From a virus (Duplodnaviria > Caudoviricetes), in IMG/VR virus record IMGVR_UViG_3300028388_003135, positions 91-64,090 of that record: a stretch of DNA of 64,000 nucleotides. One strand, written 5' to 3'. This document shows positions 37,371 through 47,511 of this stretch, piece by piece. The position numbers and the translations under genes were made by a program. Below the pieces are notes generated by a model. The model saw nothing but the letters and a program-made list of their open reading frames with translations. It made no database searches and was not told where the DNA came from. Position 1 is the stretch's first letter. Every line of letters starts with the position of its first letter.

Positions 37371-37838
37371 ATGCTCATTTACCTAAAGAAGAAGAACTCT
37401 AACAGGGTTCAAGGCCCGTATTCTTACGAGATGGTCCAGGCTTCGGCCAGCAGTGGGAAGCTGAACGACTATCTTGCGTCCTCAGACCGCAGTGAGTGGT
37501 TCTCTGCTCGCAATCTAGCGAGACCAGAGCCAACGCCGGTCACAGTCAACGTGACAGCAGGGAAGTCGCGGCCAGCGCTTCCGGCAAAAGCTGAGCGAAA
37601 GAAGATGCACGCCATCACGTTCCTGCTATGGCTGTTCTTTGGCGGGTTAGGTGCCCAACATTGGTATCGCGGCCACACAATCGTAGGCGGTGTCTACGTT
37701 GGCATGTGGGTATTTTGGATGGCAGTCGCGCCAGACTATGCGGCTCTCCATGTGTTCGTGTTTCTGCTAGACGGCGTCATTATGCTCTGCTCAAGCTTCT
37801 ACGATCGTTTTCACTACGATCTCGCATCGCAGCCCTAG
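37371..37838 (+). CDS. GYF_2 plus TM2 domain membrane protein (moron-like)
   Basis: VQGPYS...SGKL; FLLWLFFGGLGAQHWY.G; GGAGG RBS. Confidence 0.75.
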   Translation: MLIYLKKKNSNRVQGPYSYEMVQASASSGKLNDYLASSDRSEWFSARNLARPEPTPVTVNVTAGKSRPALPAKAERKKMHAITFLLWLFFGGLGAQHWYRGHTIVGGVYVGMWVFWMAVAPDYAALHVFVFLLDGVIMLCSSFYDRFHYDLASQP

Positions 37839-37923
37839 AGCTTGCATCGCCGGTTGGTCGTGATATCATGGCAAACGACGACCGACCGGCTCGAACTCCA
37901 ATCTCTATCCAAACGTTTGACCT

Positions 37924-39105
37924 ATGGTTAGTCGACATCCTTTTACGCGATCCGCCCGTAACGCGTTCAAAGCAATCGCCAGGGCGGCGGCATCTGCCGG
38001 AACGCGGGACGCTGCTCCGTCTGCTACCCTAGTTGGGCAATGGCTGAACTCTACCGCCCCTGGGCACCAAACCATTACGGACGAATCGGGCTTTGATCGC
38101 CACGCTGCTTGGGTCAACTCCAATTGCTTCGACTTCACGACCGGGACCGCAGCATCTGCGGGGGTGGATATCGAAAGCGCGGAAGCGGCGGCTCTGGGCA
38201 CGACAGGGGCATCGTCTGATTTCTTTCTGTCCTTCTGGATCAACCTGGACGAGTGGTCCGGCATCACAGCCCCTATCGGTCGCTATGACACGTTGGGGTG
38301 GACGATTCTAAACATCAACACCAACGAAATAAGAGTTTACCGCGATGCGGACGGCTTGCGGTTTTTGACCGCAAGGACGGGGTTGACGGGGTGGAACCAT
38401 TTTGTGTTTTCATGGGAAGGCACCGACGCAAATCTTTGGGTAAACGGTGTGCTGTATTCCGGCACTAAAAATTCGTCTTTCAGTAGCGCAACTAACTCCG
38501 CAGCGACAAGCACGGCGGTTATTGGCGGGCGTGGCAAAAGCGGGGCTTCGGTTGTAACACCGGCCTTGGCGTCGATGGCGGGCGTCTATGCATTCAGCGG
38601 AACGCCTACTTCGGATAACGTGACCTATCTCTACACAAACGGCAGAAGCGGGACGCAGCCCCCAAACATGGTATTCGGCTATCCTGGCGCAGAAGGCGAA
38701 AGCGGCTCGGGAACCGGCAACATCTGGGATATTTCAGGTAACGACAACCACGGCAATTCCTTAGCTTCGCTTGCGGTTGGTTCGCAGGACGCCTTTCACT
38801 ACAACGTACTGAACGGCTACACGGAATCAGGCGGCATCTACGTTCCCAAGCAGTTTGACGATGCTGCGGACGCTGAAGGCAACACGCTCGGGCGTCCAGC
38901 GGGTACGTATCACAACGGCGCGGAAACGCAAATCAATTTCCGATTCACGGAACAAGATGCGGGTTCGGGTGCTTGGTATCAACCGATTCTCGATGCGGGC
39001 AAACCTGTTTACGCCAACTGGTCTTATGGCGACACGCCGGGCGATGGGTGGACCATCGATCAGTCGACCGCATTCCAAGAGAAGAACTACCGGCTTTTTT
39101 TTTAG
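37924..39105 (+). CDS. LamG/concanavalin A-like domain virion protein
   Basis: LSFWIN, WNHFVFSW.G...LWVNG, DISGNDNHG. Confidence 0.7.
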   Translation: MVSRHPFTRSARNAFKAIARAAASAGTRDAAPSATLVGQWLNSTAPGHQTITDESGFDRHAAWVNSNCFDFTTGTAASAGVDIESAEAAALGTTGASSDFFLSFWINLDEWSGITAPIGRYDTLGWTILNINTNEIRVYRDADGLRFLTARTGLTGWNHFVFSWEGTDANLWVNGVLYSGTKNSSFSSATNSAATSTAVIGGRGKSGASVVTPALASMAGVYAFSGTPTSDNVTYLYTNGRSGTQPPNMVFGYPGAEGESGSGTGNIWDISGNDNHGNSLASLAVGSQDAFHYNVLNGYTESGGIYVPKQFDDAADAEGNTLGRPAGTYHNGAETQINFRFTEQDAGSGAWYQPILDAGKPVYANWSYGDTPGDGWTIDQSTAFQEKNYRLFF

Positions 39106-39183
39106 CGCTGCCTAACGCCCGTTCGTGGGATTTCTCGTTTGATAGTTCGTTCGTTAATTAGCACTTAGAAACAAACGTTTGCG

Positions 39184-40689
39184 ATGGTAACTGAACGAAT
39201 TCCGTTTGACCGTGTGACCGGTGTTCTTGAAACCGATGGCGCCGAGGCGCTTATCGCTGAGATTCTTGGGGAAACCACGCAAGCGGAAAATAGCCGTGCA
39301 CGGGTAGCCGAAACGCTAACGCGGCTTCTGCAGCAATGCTCGGGCGTCCACCATTGGGCAAACGCTCGGGATTGGGGCCTAACGACGTCGGTCTCTAATC
39401 CGGCTGCGATCATCAATCAAGCAATTCAAGATTGCTATACCGAAGGGTGGGGCCTGTCTATCGATCCTGGGACGTATTTGCTGGAAGTTCCCATTGAGTA
39501 CGCCACCTATAGCTCGGGTTGGATCACGGGGCAACTTCCGCCGATTCGTGGTAGTGTTTGGACGAAACCAAAGGTGAACACCGCGAGCACTGTCACGAAG
39601 CTGGAAGCGACCTACGATGATGGGCCCGTTCTGTTCACACAAGGTTCGCGGGGTGCGAAGCTCGAATTCTTGCACTTGGTAGCAAATACGCTGGGCACAA
39701 CATCGGGACAGCCTAGCGAAACGGTCGAGAATAAGGTTACGAACGAAGCGCTGTACCAGAACGCTACGGCGGACCAATGGAAGCCGCAATGCGTGGTCGC
39801 CATCGATCCTTGCGGGGTTCAGACCGATCAAGCGGGGCGGCGATATTCGACCATCGATTCGTCGCGATATAGCGCCACGAATTCGCAGTCGTCGGACATT
39901 ACAATTCGGAACTGCTTGCTGGAAGGCGCGGAAGTAGCCGTAACGGCGGGGCTCGGTGTGTCGGCTAATTCCGACGGAGTCTTGATAGAAGACACGGATA
40001 TTACCAAGTGCCGCTATGCGGTGTCTGCTGGGCACTCGCAAACCAAGAATATCCGGCTGCGAAACACGTCAACGTCAGACGTTTGGCAAGTGGCGGCTAA
40101 CAATATCCACGGACAACAAAACGCGCGAATGCCGATTATCGAAAGCCTTGGGCAGTCGTCGGTAATTGGGACAATTTTTGGAACGCCCCACCCGTCCAGC
40201 CCTTGCTATTTCTTGGGTGGTCCGCATACCGAAGTCGTTGGTTCATTGGGGACGTTTGCGGGCACGGGCACGTCGACGCCGGTGGTGTTTCGTGATGCTT
40301 CGTTCAATATGTACGGCACCGACACGCAATTAAGCGCGGGCGGGCGTGTTGTGCTGGTTGAGAATTGCACGTTCTTTATGGGGACGTCTGGGCATGGATT
40401 CAAGGTTGAATGCACGTGCGACGACGATTTGCCGGGCACTTGGGACGGCGGCGCTTACTCTGGCGAAGTGCGCGGGGCTGAAATCATCTTCCGAAACACT
40501 ACATTCGGCGCCTCAACTACCGGGCAAGACCTAGACCACTACGTCAATCCAACTACGGACGAAGGCACTACGACGGCGGCTCGGGCAGACTGGATTCGTT
40601 TTGTAAACTGTTTGACGGGCGCTGGCGCAACGTCGCCCTACTCGCATTTGCTGAACGGGCGTGCGGGTGCAATGAACATCTACACATGA
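39184..40689 (+). CDS. Pectin lyase-like beta-helix protein (spike/depolymerase-like)
   Basis: INQAI.......IDPGTYLL; repeated ITIRNC, LVENCTF, IFRNTTF. Confidence 0.65.
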   Translation: MVTERIPFDRVTGVLETDGAEALIAEILGETTQAENSRARVAETLTRLLQQCSGVHHWANARDWGLTTSVSNPAAIINQAIQDCYTEGWGLSIDPGTYLLEVPIEYATYSSGWITGQLPPIRGSVWTKPKVNTASTVTKLEATYDDGPVLFTQGSRGAKLEFLHLVANTLGTTSGQPSETVENKVTNEALYQNATADQWKPQCVVAIDPCGVQTDQAGRRYSTIDSSRYSATNSQSSDITIRNCLLEGAEVAVTAGLGVSANSDGVLIEDTDITKCRYAVSAGHSQTKNIRLRNTSTSDVWQVAANNIHGQQNARMPIIESLGQSSVIGTIFGTPHPSSPCYFLGGPHTEVVGSLGTFAGTGTSTPVVFRDASFNMYGTDTQLSAGGRVVLVENCTFFMGTSGHGFKVECTCDDDLPGTWDGGAYSGEVRGAEIIFRNTTFGASTTGQDLDHYVNPTTDEGTTTAARADWIRFVNCLTGAGATSPYSHLLNGRAGAMNIYT

Positions 40690-40783
40690 GAAAGCTCATA
40701 GTTTTCGCTGTCATCGTTTCAAGTTTATTGCTGCCCTTGATTCTGGGCAGAATGACACACACTCAAACGTTTGGATTTGAATA

Positions 40784-41134
40784 ATGGACATCGCAGAAGA
40801 AACAGACGATCTAGGCTTGCACTTTGCAACGGTCACCAGTGCTGCAGCTACTTCCGAGTGGGTTCCGCTTGGAACGTCGGGCGGTATGGCTTGCATTGAC
40901 TCGGTCGATGCGAACGGAAACTCGACAGGATGGGGAAGCGCTACGGCGACTCTGCTCTATTCTCCTGACGGAAAGATGATCTGTTCTGGCGAGGATGTGA
41001 ACGGAGACGTTCAGGACAAGGCTGACGGTTTCGCCCGCGAGTTCGACATGGGCGGTTTTGTAGCAATCTTGTCCGGTGGTTCGTTCTCCGGTGAGACGCT
41101 TCGAATCACGGTCCGTCCTAAACTCAGGCGTTAA
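40784..41134 (+). CDS. Hypothetical structural protein
   Basis: Beta-rich ORF in the structural module. Confidence 0.55.
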   Translation: MDIAEETDDLGLHFATVTSAAATSEWVPLGTSGGMACIDSVDANGNSTGWGSATATLLYSPDGKMICSGEDVNGDVQDKADGFAREFDMGGFVAILSGGSFSGETLRITVRPKLRR

Positions 41135-41589
41135 TGGCCAACCTGTCGCAGATCCGCAAAGGCTTTGACCCTCTGATGGATCTGTTTGAGCGTCACAGTG
41201 AAGAAGTTATCTTCGCCGACGCTATTCAAGAGGGTCACGATATGATAGCGAGCGGCTTCGGAGATAACTTCGATGCCGCACGGAACGCTGACGGATCCAG
41301 TTGGCCAGAGCGGGTGGACGACAAGCCACACCCATTACTCCAGCTATCGCTGGACATGCGGCGAGCGGCGACCAATCAAGGGCCGGGCCACTACTTCGAG
41401 CAAACCGGCAGCGGCGGAGCCACTTACGAGATCGGCATCGACGACGATGTGATTCCTTACGCTCGATTCCACGTGCTTGGAACGCGGATTCATCCTGTTC
41501 GCGACCCTATCTACGCTGCACCGATGGTTGAGTATGCCGTCGAGACGGCTTTCCTGAAGTCGATCAATGAGCAGCTAGGGTTGGCATAA
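41134..41589 (+). CDS. Virion morphogenesis (Mu gpG/P2 gpS-like) protein
   Basis: DGSSWP...LL......RR...IG....PYARFH..GT...P.R. Confidence 0.75.
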   Translation: MANLSQIRKGFDPLMDLFERHSEEVIFADAIQEGHDMIASGFGDNFDAARNADGSSWPERVDDKPHPLLQLSLDMRRAATNQGPGHYFEQTGSGGATYEIGIDDDVIPYARFHVLGTRIHPVRDPIYAAPMVEYAVETAFLKSINEQLGLA

Positions 41590-41591
41590 CC

Positions 41592-41632
41592 CAAACGTTT
41601 GGTTGGCTATGTGTTCAGCTCAGCAGCATAAT
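41592..41632 (+). promoter_or_regulatory. Late-promoter candidate, copy 2
   Basis: Same 29-mer as at 32014; TTGGCT-N18-CATAAT. Confidence 0.65.
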
Positions 41633-41740
41633 TTGAGCAGCTGTTCTGTTCGAGTCGGTCGGTTCAGTCCAGTCAGGGCCGGATGCTTGCGGTAAGCCAC
41701 CAGCCGGTTCGTGTGAAGCGCAAGCACCGGTCCGAAATTT

Positions 41741-42268
41741 ATGGCATTAGAATCTCGACGACTGAAGATCATGGAGGCGCTGTCGGCTACGTTCTTGGCG
41801 CATACCGACCTAGCAGCACTCTTGCCAACGTGGCGGATTCAAAAGTCATTGTTTAATCGTTATCAACCTTGGCAGGCTGGCGGCTTGATCGCCGCGACGG
41901 GGACGGCCAATCCTACACATGAAAATGTGGTGTCACGGTTCGAGTGGGGTATCTTGGTAGCGTGGGCGTTTCCGACTGATGGCAATACGGGCAACCAAAC
42001 ACAGCTGGAGAATATGCTTGCAATCGACGAGTGGATGGCGATCACTTTTTCATTCACTGGCAAGAACCGAGCGCCGGCGCCGATTGCAGCATTGGATAGT
42101 TCGTTCCCTGAAGCCGATCCGCACCATTTCACATTCGAGGGCGTCTCTGTCCAAGACGGTTCACCGTTTGTCGAGGGCGCGATTCGGAGCAACTTTGATG
42201 CAAACGCCAGGCATCTGATATTCAAAGTCAACATCCCTAAGCCAGACAACTCAAGCCTTGGAGCCTAA
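41741..42268 (+). CDS. Putative tail terminator
   Basis: Position before the tail tube gene; size. Confidence 0.5.
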   Translation: MALESRRLKIMEALSATFLAHTDLAALLPTWRIQKSLFNRYQPWQAGGLIAATGTANPTHENVVSRFEWGILVAWAFPTDGNTGNQTQLENMLAIDEWMAITFSFTGKNRAPAPIAALDSSFPEADPHHFTFEGVSVQDGSPFVEGAIRSNFDANARHLIFKVNIPKPDNSSLGA

Positions 42269-42271
42269 GCG

Positions 42272-42754
42272 GTGGCTGAATCAGACACGACGCAAGATGA
42301 AACCGATGCACCAGCCGAATCGCAGCCTGCTCCTGCGAGCACTTCGGATAACCCGGCGCACTACAAAGCGAAGAAACCGCCAAAACGGACCACACCAAAG
42401 CCAAGTATTAAGGTGTCGCTTGGAGGGAGAGACGCGCAGCTATCGCTGTTCCATGTTACGAACTGCAAGAAGCGGAACCTAAAGCATATTTTCGCAATTG
42501 ATCGCGAGGCAGCGGCAAGGATTTATAACGCCGACGAGTACCCTGGCAAACGTTTGGAGTCTGCTCCTAAGGATCTGCTTGCGGGGTTCGCGTTGCAAGC
42601 GGCTTCGTGTCCATGTAACGGGGAGGCCGTTTACGTCCAGGTCAGTTTGCCGACTCTGGCAGAAAATCATCCTAAGGCAGATCACAACCGACTGGCGAGC
42701 TTGCATGGCGTGGCTTTCATTTGCCGTACCTTCACTCAGGAGATGATTGGTTAG
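42272..42754 (+). CDS. Hypothetical protein
   Basis: GGAG RBS with GTG start. Confidence 0.5.
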   Translation: MAESDTTQDETDAPAESQPAPASTSDNPAHYKAKKPPKRTTPKPSIKVSLGGRDAQLSLFHVTNCKKRNLKHIFAIDREAAARIYNADEYPGKRLESAPKDLLAGFALQAASCPCNGEAVYVQVSLPTLAENHPKADHNRLASLHGVAFICRTFTQEMIG

Positions 42755-43496
42755 ATGTCGCAATCACATGAAATGCGAGTTCAGCTCGCTGACAACGTTG
42801 GCGGAACCACGAACGCAATTTCGCTAGCTGTTTCGGACCTTGATTTAGCAGGTGAGCGGATCTTCGGTCGCGAGGAGGGCAAGCGTGGCAGCAGGCTGCG
42901 TCGGAGCGCAAATGTATGGTTGGGTTGATAAGGGCGCGAAGAACTATCAGTACACGCTTCTAACGATTAGTTCGATAACGATATCGATCAGTGAACAAGA
43001 CTACGTTCGGATGCGAGTCGACTTCATCGGCGGCGCCGAGACTGAGGTCGTTAGCTTTGCTGGCACGCCGCCGGACATTGACTGCAATAGCGAGTTCATC
43101 GCATCGGATTGCACGTTCACGATTGGCGGCACTGCTTATCCATTCAAGTCGTTCGAGCTGACGATCAACAATCAACTCGCATCCAATCAGCATGAGAACG
43201 CGCAGACGCGATCAATCTTCGAATCCGAGGATTTGCTCATTACGTCCAACATCACGACAGGTTGGCGGACGGACACGACAGGACTCTACCGACGGGCGGT
43301 CGCGGGCGACGATTCTGCGACCCTAGTATTTACTGATGGCACCGATACGTATACCTTCACTTTCGGTAACACCGCGATTCCAGACAGAGGGCCGTCTGTG
43401 GGTAGCGGTGAAATCATCCGTAACATAGCGATGATTCACGAAGGCACTGGCCCTGACGGTACCGACTTGCCGCAGATATCCATCGCGAAGTCTTAA
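42755..43496 (+). pseudogene. Tail tube protein, split into two frames near 42920
   Basis: 42755-42928 encodes MSQSHEMRVQLAD...GKRGSRLRR then TGA; the tube-like remainder (FELTINNQL...N..T) is in another frame to 43496. Confidence 0.6.
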
Positions 43497-43505
43497 GAGA
43501 CTCCT

Positions 43506-43973
43506 ATGACGACCGACCCAAAGGATTTGACTGGCCCTAGCGATCCACCTGACCGCATTCCACAACGAAACTTACTCAGCGCAACTGACAACGTGATTCG
43601 CGACGGATGGTCGCAAGAAGGCTACATTGCAGAGAGTTCGATCAACGGTGAACTCGGCTTTACTTATCGGCCTTTCCTGCCAGAAGACGTCGCGGCAATC
43701 GACGGTTTCATTGCACAGAACCAGCGAGCAGCGCCAAGGGAGGTTGTGAAGTCGTTGGCAAATGAGATCGCCAAACGTTTGGATAGTTGGACGGAGGGGG
43801 AGCCGCCAAACTACGAAAGCCTTCGACGAGTTCGGTATCCTGTTCTTAAACGCATGTACGACATCATGGCAGGGTACGAGGCAAGCGACGAAGCGCCTGA
43901 TGCGGACGAGCCACCGAAAGGTGAGGACCCGGGCAAGCCGATTAACCTGACGGAGATGATAAAAAACTCATAG
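43506..43973 (+). CDS. Tail assembly chaperone (gpG-like)
   Basis: Lies between tube and tape measure genes; ends in slippery A AAA AAC. Confidence 0.75.
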   Translation: MTTDPKDLTGPSDPPDRIPQRNLLSATDNVIRDGWSQEGYIAESSINGELGFTYRPFLPEDVAAIDGFIAQNQRAAPREVVKSLANEIAKRLDSWTEGEPPNYESLRRVRYPVLKRMYDIMAGYEASDEAPDADEPPKGEDPGKPINLTEMIKNS

Positions 43974-44380
43974 CGGCGATTGATCTGGCAATCGAGCATC
44001 CGCAATTAGCAAGGACCAGCTGCCAGACATGCCGCCTATACAAGCTTGACGAGAACTGGGAGGTTCGAAAGTCGAACCGAGGCAACAAGCTTCGCCGAAT
44101 TGGAGATCCTCCCTGCGAAACTCCGGAAGGTTGTCCGAAAGGCCATCATCGGAATCCGATTGAGTACAGACTTCGGGACTACAAGTTGATCGAACTCTAC
44201 TTCGCGACGAAGGCGATGGGAGGGCACAACCTAACGCAAGCCGAAAGAGGAGACCGACTACTCCAATCGCTGTTTTCGCTGTTGGAGCAGAAGTTCAGAG
44301 CGATCGACCAGCAACACGCGCAAGCCAGTTCGACCATGATCGCCAATGCAATGATCGCGAGAGTGCCACGTGACCAATAA
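43961..44380 (+). CDS. -1 frameshift extension of the chaperone (gpGT-like)
   Basis: The -1 frame is open from 43967 to 44380: LIAAIDLAIEHPQLARTSCQTC...PCETPEGCPKG. Confidence 0.75.
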   Translation, partial: KKLIAAIDLAIEHPQLARTSCQTCRLYKLDENWEVRKSNRGNKLRRIGDPPCETPEGCPKGHHRNPIEYRLRDYKLIELYFATKAMGGHNLTQAERGDRLLQSLFSLLEQKFRAIDQQHAQASSTMIANAMIARVPRDQ

Positions 44381-46769
44381 GAAACTCGTTTACGAATTGG
44401 CCGCAGTACGCGATCCACGGTCTGGCCAAGCAGTCAAGCAGTTCAGCCGCGAGATCCTCAGCGAATACGCGAAGATCAAAAAACAGACTCCCGGTCTGGG
44501 CGACCAGGCCAAGGAGTTGGCGGCAACTGCTAGGCAAGCATTCTCAACCGCTCGCAAGACGTTCCGAACGTTCAAGGACTTCGAGGACGCAAAGGTCAAG
44601 GTCGCGGAAGATGCTCAGCGTGCGATCCAAGAGACCATCGCAGAAGGCCACAAGCAAGGCGTGGCAACGATGGAGAATTCGCTCGCGATCTCTGTTGAGA
44701 TGTCCAAAGCAGCGGCAGCAGAGATCGAACAGATCAACAAGCGTCAAACGCGATTCCTGAATCGCGAATCCGGCTTGCGTACCCAGAAGGAGATCGCTGA
44801 GCAACGAAAGCAGGAGGCAGAGGGGCGGCGGTCGCTTGCCAAACGTTTGGCCGACTTCAAGAAGGCAAAGGCAGAAGAACGCCGGATAGCCAAGAAAGCT
44901 GCCGACGACATGCGCAGGGCAGAAGAGCGCGCGCACGCAGCTGCGGAGGCAGATGTATCCCGTCGCAGAGAGTTTGCTAACTCAGCAAACGAGTATTTCA
45001 ATCGCTTCGACGATCAGCTTGGGAGAGCGCTTGATGGTGTCGGTCGCGTATCACGCGGTTTCGTAGCTCTTGGGTTGGTAGGCGAGGACTCGCTGCAAGA
45101 GCTCACAGATGGCTTGCTGACAATGCAAGGTGCGTTCGATGTTATCTCCGGTGGTGCTTCGGTCATCATGGGAATGCAAAAGGCGATGCAAGCCTATGCC
45201 GTTGCTACACAGTTTGCTGCAGCAGCACAACAAACACTCGCCGCGACCGCGCCTGGCGGTGGAGGTTCGAGAGGGCGGAAAGGTGGCAGTCGTCGCGGCG
45301 GTGGTAGCAGTGCAGCATTGACAGGAGCAGCAGCAATTGCGGCCAACCAGTTCGTTCCCGCGATCACCGGCTCTGGAGCATTAGCAGCTGCAGGCGCTAC
45401 GTTCACGGTCGGATCCGCAGCAGCGTTAGCAACCAGCGTGTTTGATTCTGGTCGGGGCTATTTGGACTACGCATCGGGACGCTCACGCAATGTCGGCGTT
45501 CGTTCTGGTTCGATCTCGGACATCTTCAATCGGAATATCGTTAATCCTGCCGCTGGCATGTTCGACGAGTTCACCGGCAACACCGACACCGCAGCGGCGC
45601 AGGCTCGAATCAGCAGCCGCAAGGTTGCCAAGATGGAAGAAGAGGTGAAAGCCGTCATTGCACAACGGCTTGCAATCGAGGAGAAGATCAACGAGCAATA
45701 CGAAGCACGCGAAGGCATCCTATCCAAAATGCGTTCGTTTCACGAAACCATCATGGATCTCCAGCTATCCGAAGCGGACAACAGCGAAAAACGAGTGCTT
45801 CTGGCTAAGCATGTTCACGACTATGAGAATCGCATAGCAGCGGTGCGGGAACGCATGGACTCGTTAACAGATGCGAATGAGGGCCAGCGAGCGTCACTAT
45901 TGGAGCGCGAGGCATCGCTTGCGGGTCGCCTTCGGGACATCACCAAGGAGCGATTCGAGGTCGAGCGAGACATCATCAAGGAGAAGGCAGCGGGCGCGGC
46001 GAAGGCTCAGCAAGCAGCCGAACGTGAGCTAGATACGATCAAACAACGAACCAAGGCAGCAAGAGATTCGCTGTTGTCGTCAGAGGTTCGATTCGGCCTA
46101 ATGAGCGACGAGGACCAAACCGAGATTCTTGGGCTGCTTCAGAAAGGTCGGTCTGGCAAACGTTTGGACGTTGACGAGCTTCGCAAGCTACAAGGGCTCG
46201 GCTCCAAAGAGGCGACGGAGATAGTCAACCGTCAGGCATTGGCTCGGGCCGGCGGTTTGTTTCAGCCGCAGAGTGCAGCGCTCGAGTCTATCGAAAGGCA
46301 GCGAGCCAAGTTACAACTTGAGGAAGCAAGGGTCCTGCGTGGTGCCAGGGGCGATTTTGACGAAGATGGCAACCGCATCGGCCTACGTTTGGGCATTCGC
46401 GGCTCAAACGCTCTTGATGGCATTGCAGGGCGACGACAGCGTCTGAACGCTCAGGAGGCCCGTATACGAGCGCAAATGGCGGGAGAGCAAAGATTACGGG
46501 ATAGCGTGTTTGGACGCGAGAGACGCGAGCTGGACGCATTAGCGGGGCGACAGAACAAGGTCGAAGCGCGAATTCAGCACCAAATCAGCGTTCAGGCGAA
46601 GTTTGACCAGACCGCTGAGGCTATAGGCGATGCTATGGTAGAACGGCTAATGCAGCAGATGCAACCGTTCGTGAACCGGATCCACAGTCAGATGGCGACT
46701 CACGACGAGCAAATCGCGGGCCTGCTTCGAGTTCGGCGTCAGACCATACCAGGCCAAGGGGGGTTCTAG
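44370..46769 (+). CDS. Tape measure protein
   Basis: 799 aa, Ala-rich and coiled-coil, directly after the chaperone. Confidence 0.8.
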   Translation: MTNKKLVYELAAVRDPRSGQAVKQFSREILSEYAKIKKQTPGLGDQAKELAATARQAFSTARKTFRTFKDFEDAKVKVAEDAQRAIQETIAEGHKQGVATMENSLAISVEMSKAAAAEIEQINKRQTRFLNRESGLRTQKEIAEQRKQEAEGRRSLAKRLADFKKAKAEERRIAKKAADDMRRAEERAHAAAEADVSRRREFANSANEYFNRFDDQLGRALDGVGRVSRGFVALGLVGEDSLQELTDGLLTMQGAFDVISGGASVIMGMQKAMQAYAVATQFAAAAQQTLAATAPGGGGSRGRKGGSRRGGGSSAALTGAAAIAANQFVPAITGSGALAAAGATFTVGSAAALATSVFDSGRGYLDYASGRSRNVGVRSGSISDIFNRNIVNPAAGMFDEFTGNTDTAAAQARISSRKVAKMEEEVKAVIAQRLAIEEKINEQYEAREGILSKMRSFHETIMDLQLSEADNSEKRVLLAKHVHDYENRIAAVRERMDSLTDANEGQRASLLEREASLAGRLRDITKERFEVERDIIKEKAAGAAKAQQAAERELDTIKQRTKAARDSLLSSEVRFGLMSDEDQTEILGLLQKGRSGKRLDVDELRKLQGLGSKEATEIVNRQALARAGGLFQPQSAALESIERQRAKLQLEEARVLRGARGDFDEDGNRIGLRLGIRGSNALDGIAGRRQRLNAQEARIRAQMAGEQRLRDSVFGRERRELDALAGRQNKVEARIQHQISVQAKFDQTAEAIGDAMVERLMQQMQPFVNRIHSQMATHDEQIAGLLRVRRQTIPGQGGF

Positions 46770-47491
46770 TGCGGTTGAAAATCGGTTCCTTTCTTCGGCC
46801 GAACAACGAAGCGACGGCCAATATTAGCTATCGTCCGCTCTACGACGCCAAGCAGCGAATGTATGGCGTGATGGAGACGTGGCAGATCAGCGGTCGTTTG
46901 ACTATCAACCCTGGTGGGCAAACAGAGATGGACGCTGCGCTGAGGATTCTGCGCAGGGACTTCAGCCAGCAAGAACCGGATTTAGTCTTCATGCATGACG
47001 ACGGGTTCACAGAGAGCGAGCAGCAGCTCAAGCGTCAGAATTGCGTGTCAGGTCCAACAGTAACCGCGCTGGGTTTGCCTCGCGATGCCGAGGATGTTTA
47101 CGCGACGGGGATGACCTACACCGCAACATTTGAAGCAGAGACCAGGCTATCAGGAGCGACCGGCAATCCAATCATCGAGTTCAACGAAACCTTATCGAAT
47201 CCGGAAGGTGGAACCAAGCTCGGATTCGTTGGTGGCTCAATCGGCTTGGCAGAGCGCCAGGTGTTCCAGCAGAACGCTCCCTACATCTACATTCAGGCAG
47301 GGTTTGCGGTCGGCAAATACGGATACGTAGCACCACCACTGCCGCTATGGCCAAACCTGCAACTCGAACGCAATAAGCCTGTGTTAGTTGGCCCCAGAAA
47401 GCTTGGTCGCATTAACACCGAGTACGTGACACAATGGTCATACCGAATGGGTAACGAGTTTCCGTTGTCCGGTGTTCCCCACGAACTGTAA
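46769..47491 (+). CDS. Tail protein (distal tail-like)
   Basis: Position after the tape measure gene. Confidence 0.55.
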   Translation: MRLKIGSFLRPNNEATANISYRPLYDAKQRMYGVMETWQISGRLTINPGGQTEMDAALRILRRDFSQQEPDLVFMHDDGFTESEQQLKRQNCVSGPTVTALGLPRDAEDVYATGMTYTATFEAETRLSGATGNPIIEFNETLSNPEGGTKLGFVGGSIGLAERQVFQQNAPYIYIQAGFAVGKYGYVAPPLPLWPNLQLERNKPVLVGPRKLGRINTEYVTQWSYRMGNEFPLSGVPHEL

Positions 47492-47511
47492 ACAAACGTT
47501 TGGATTGAGGC

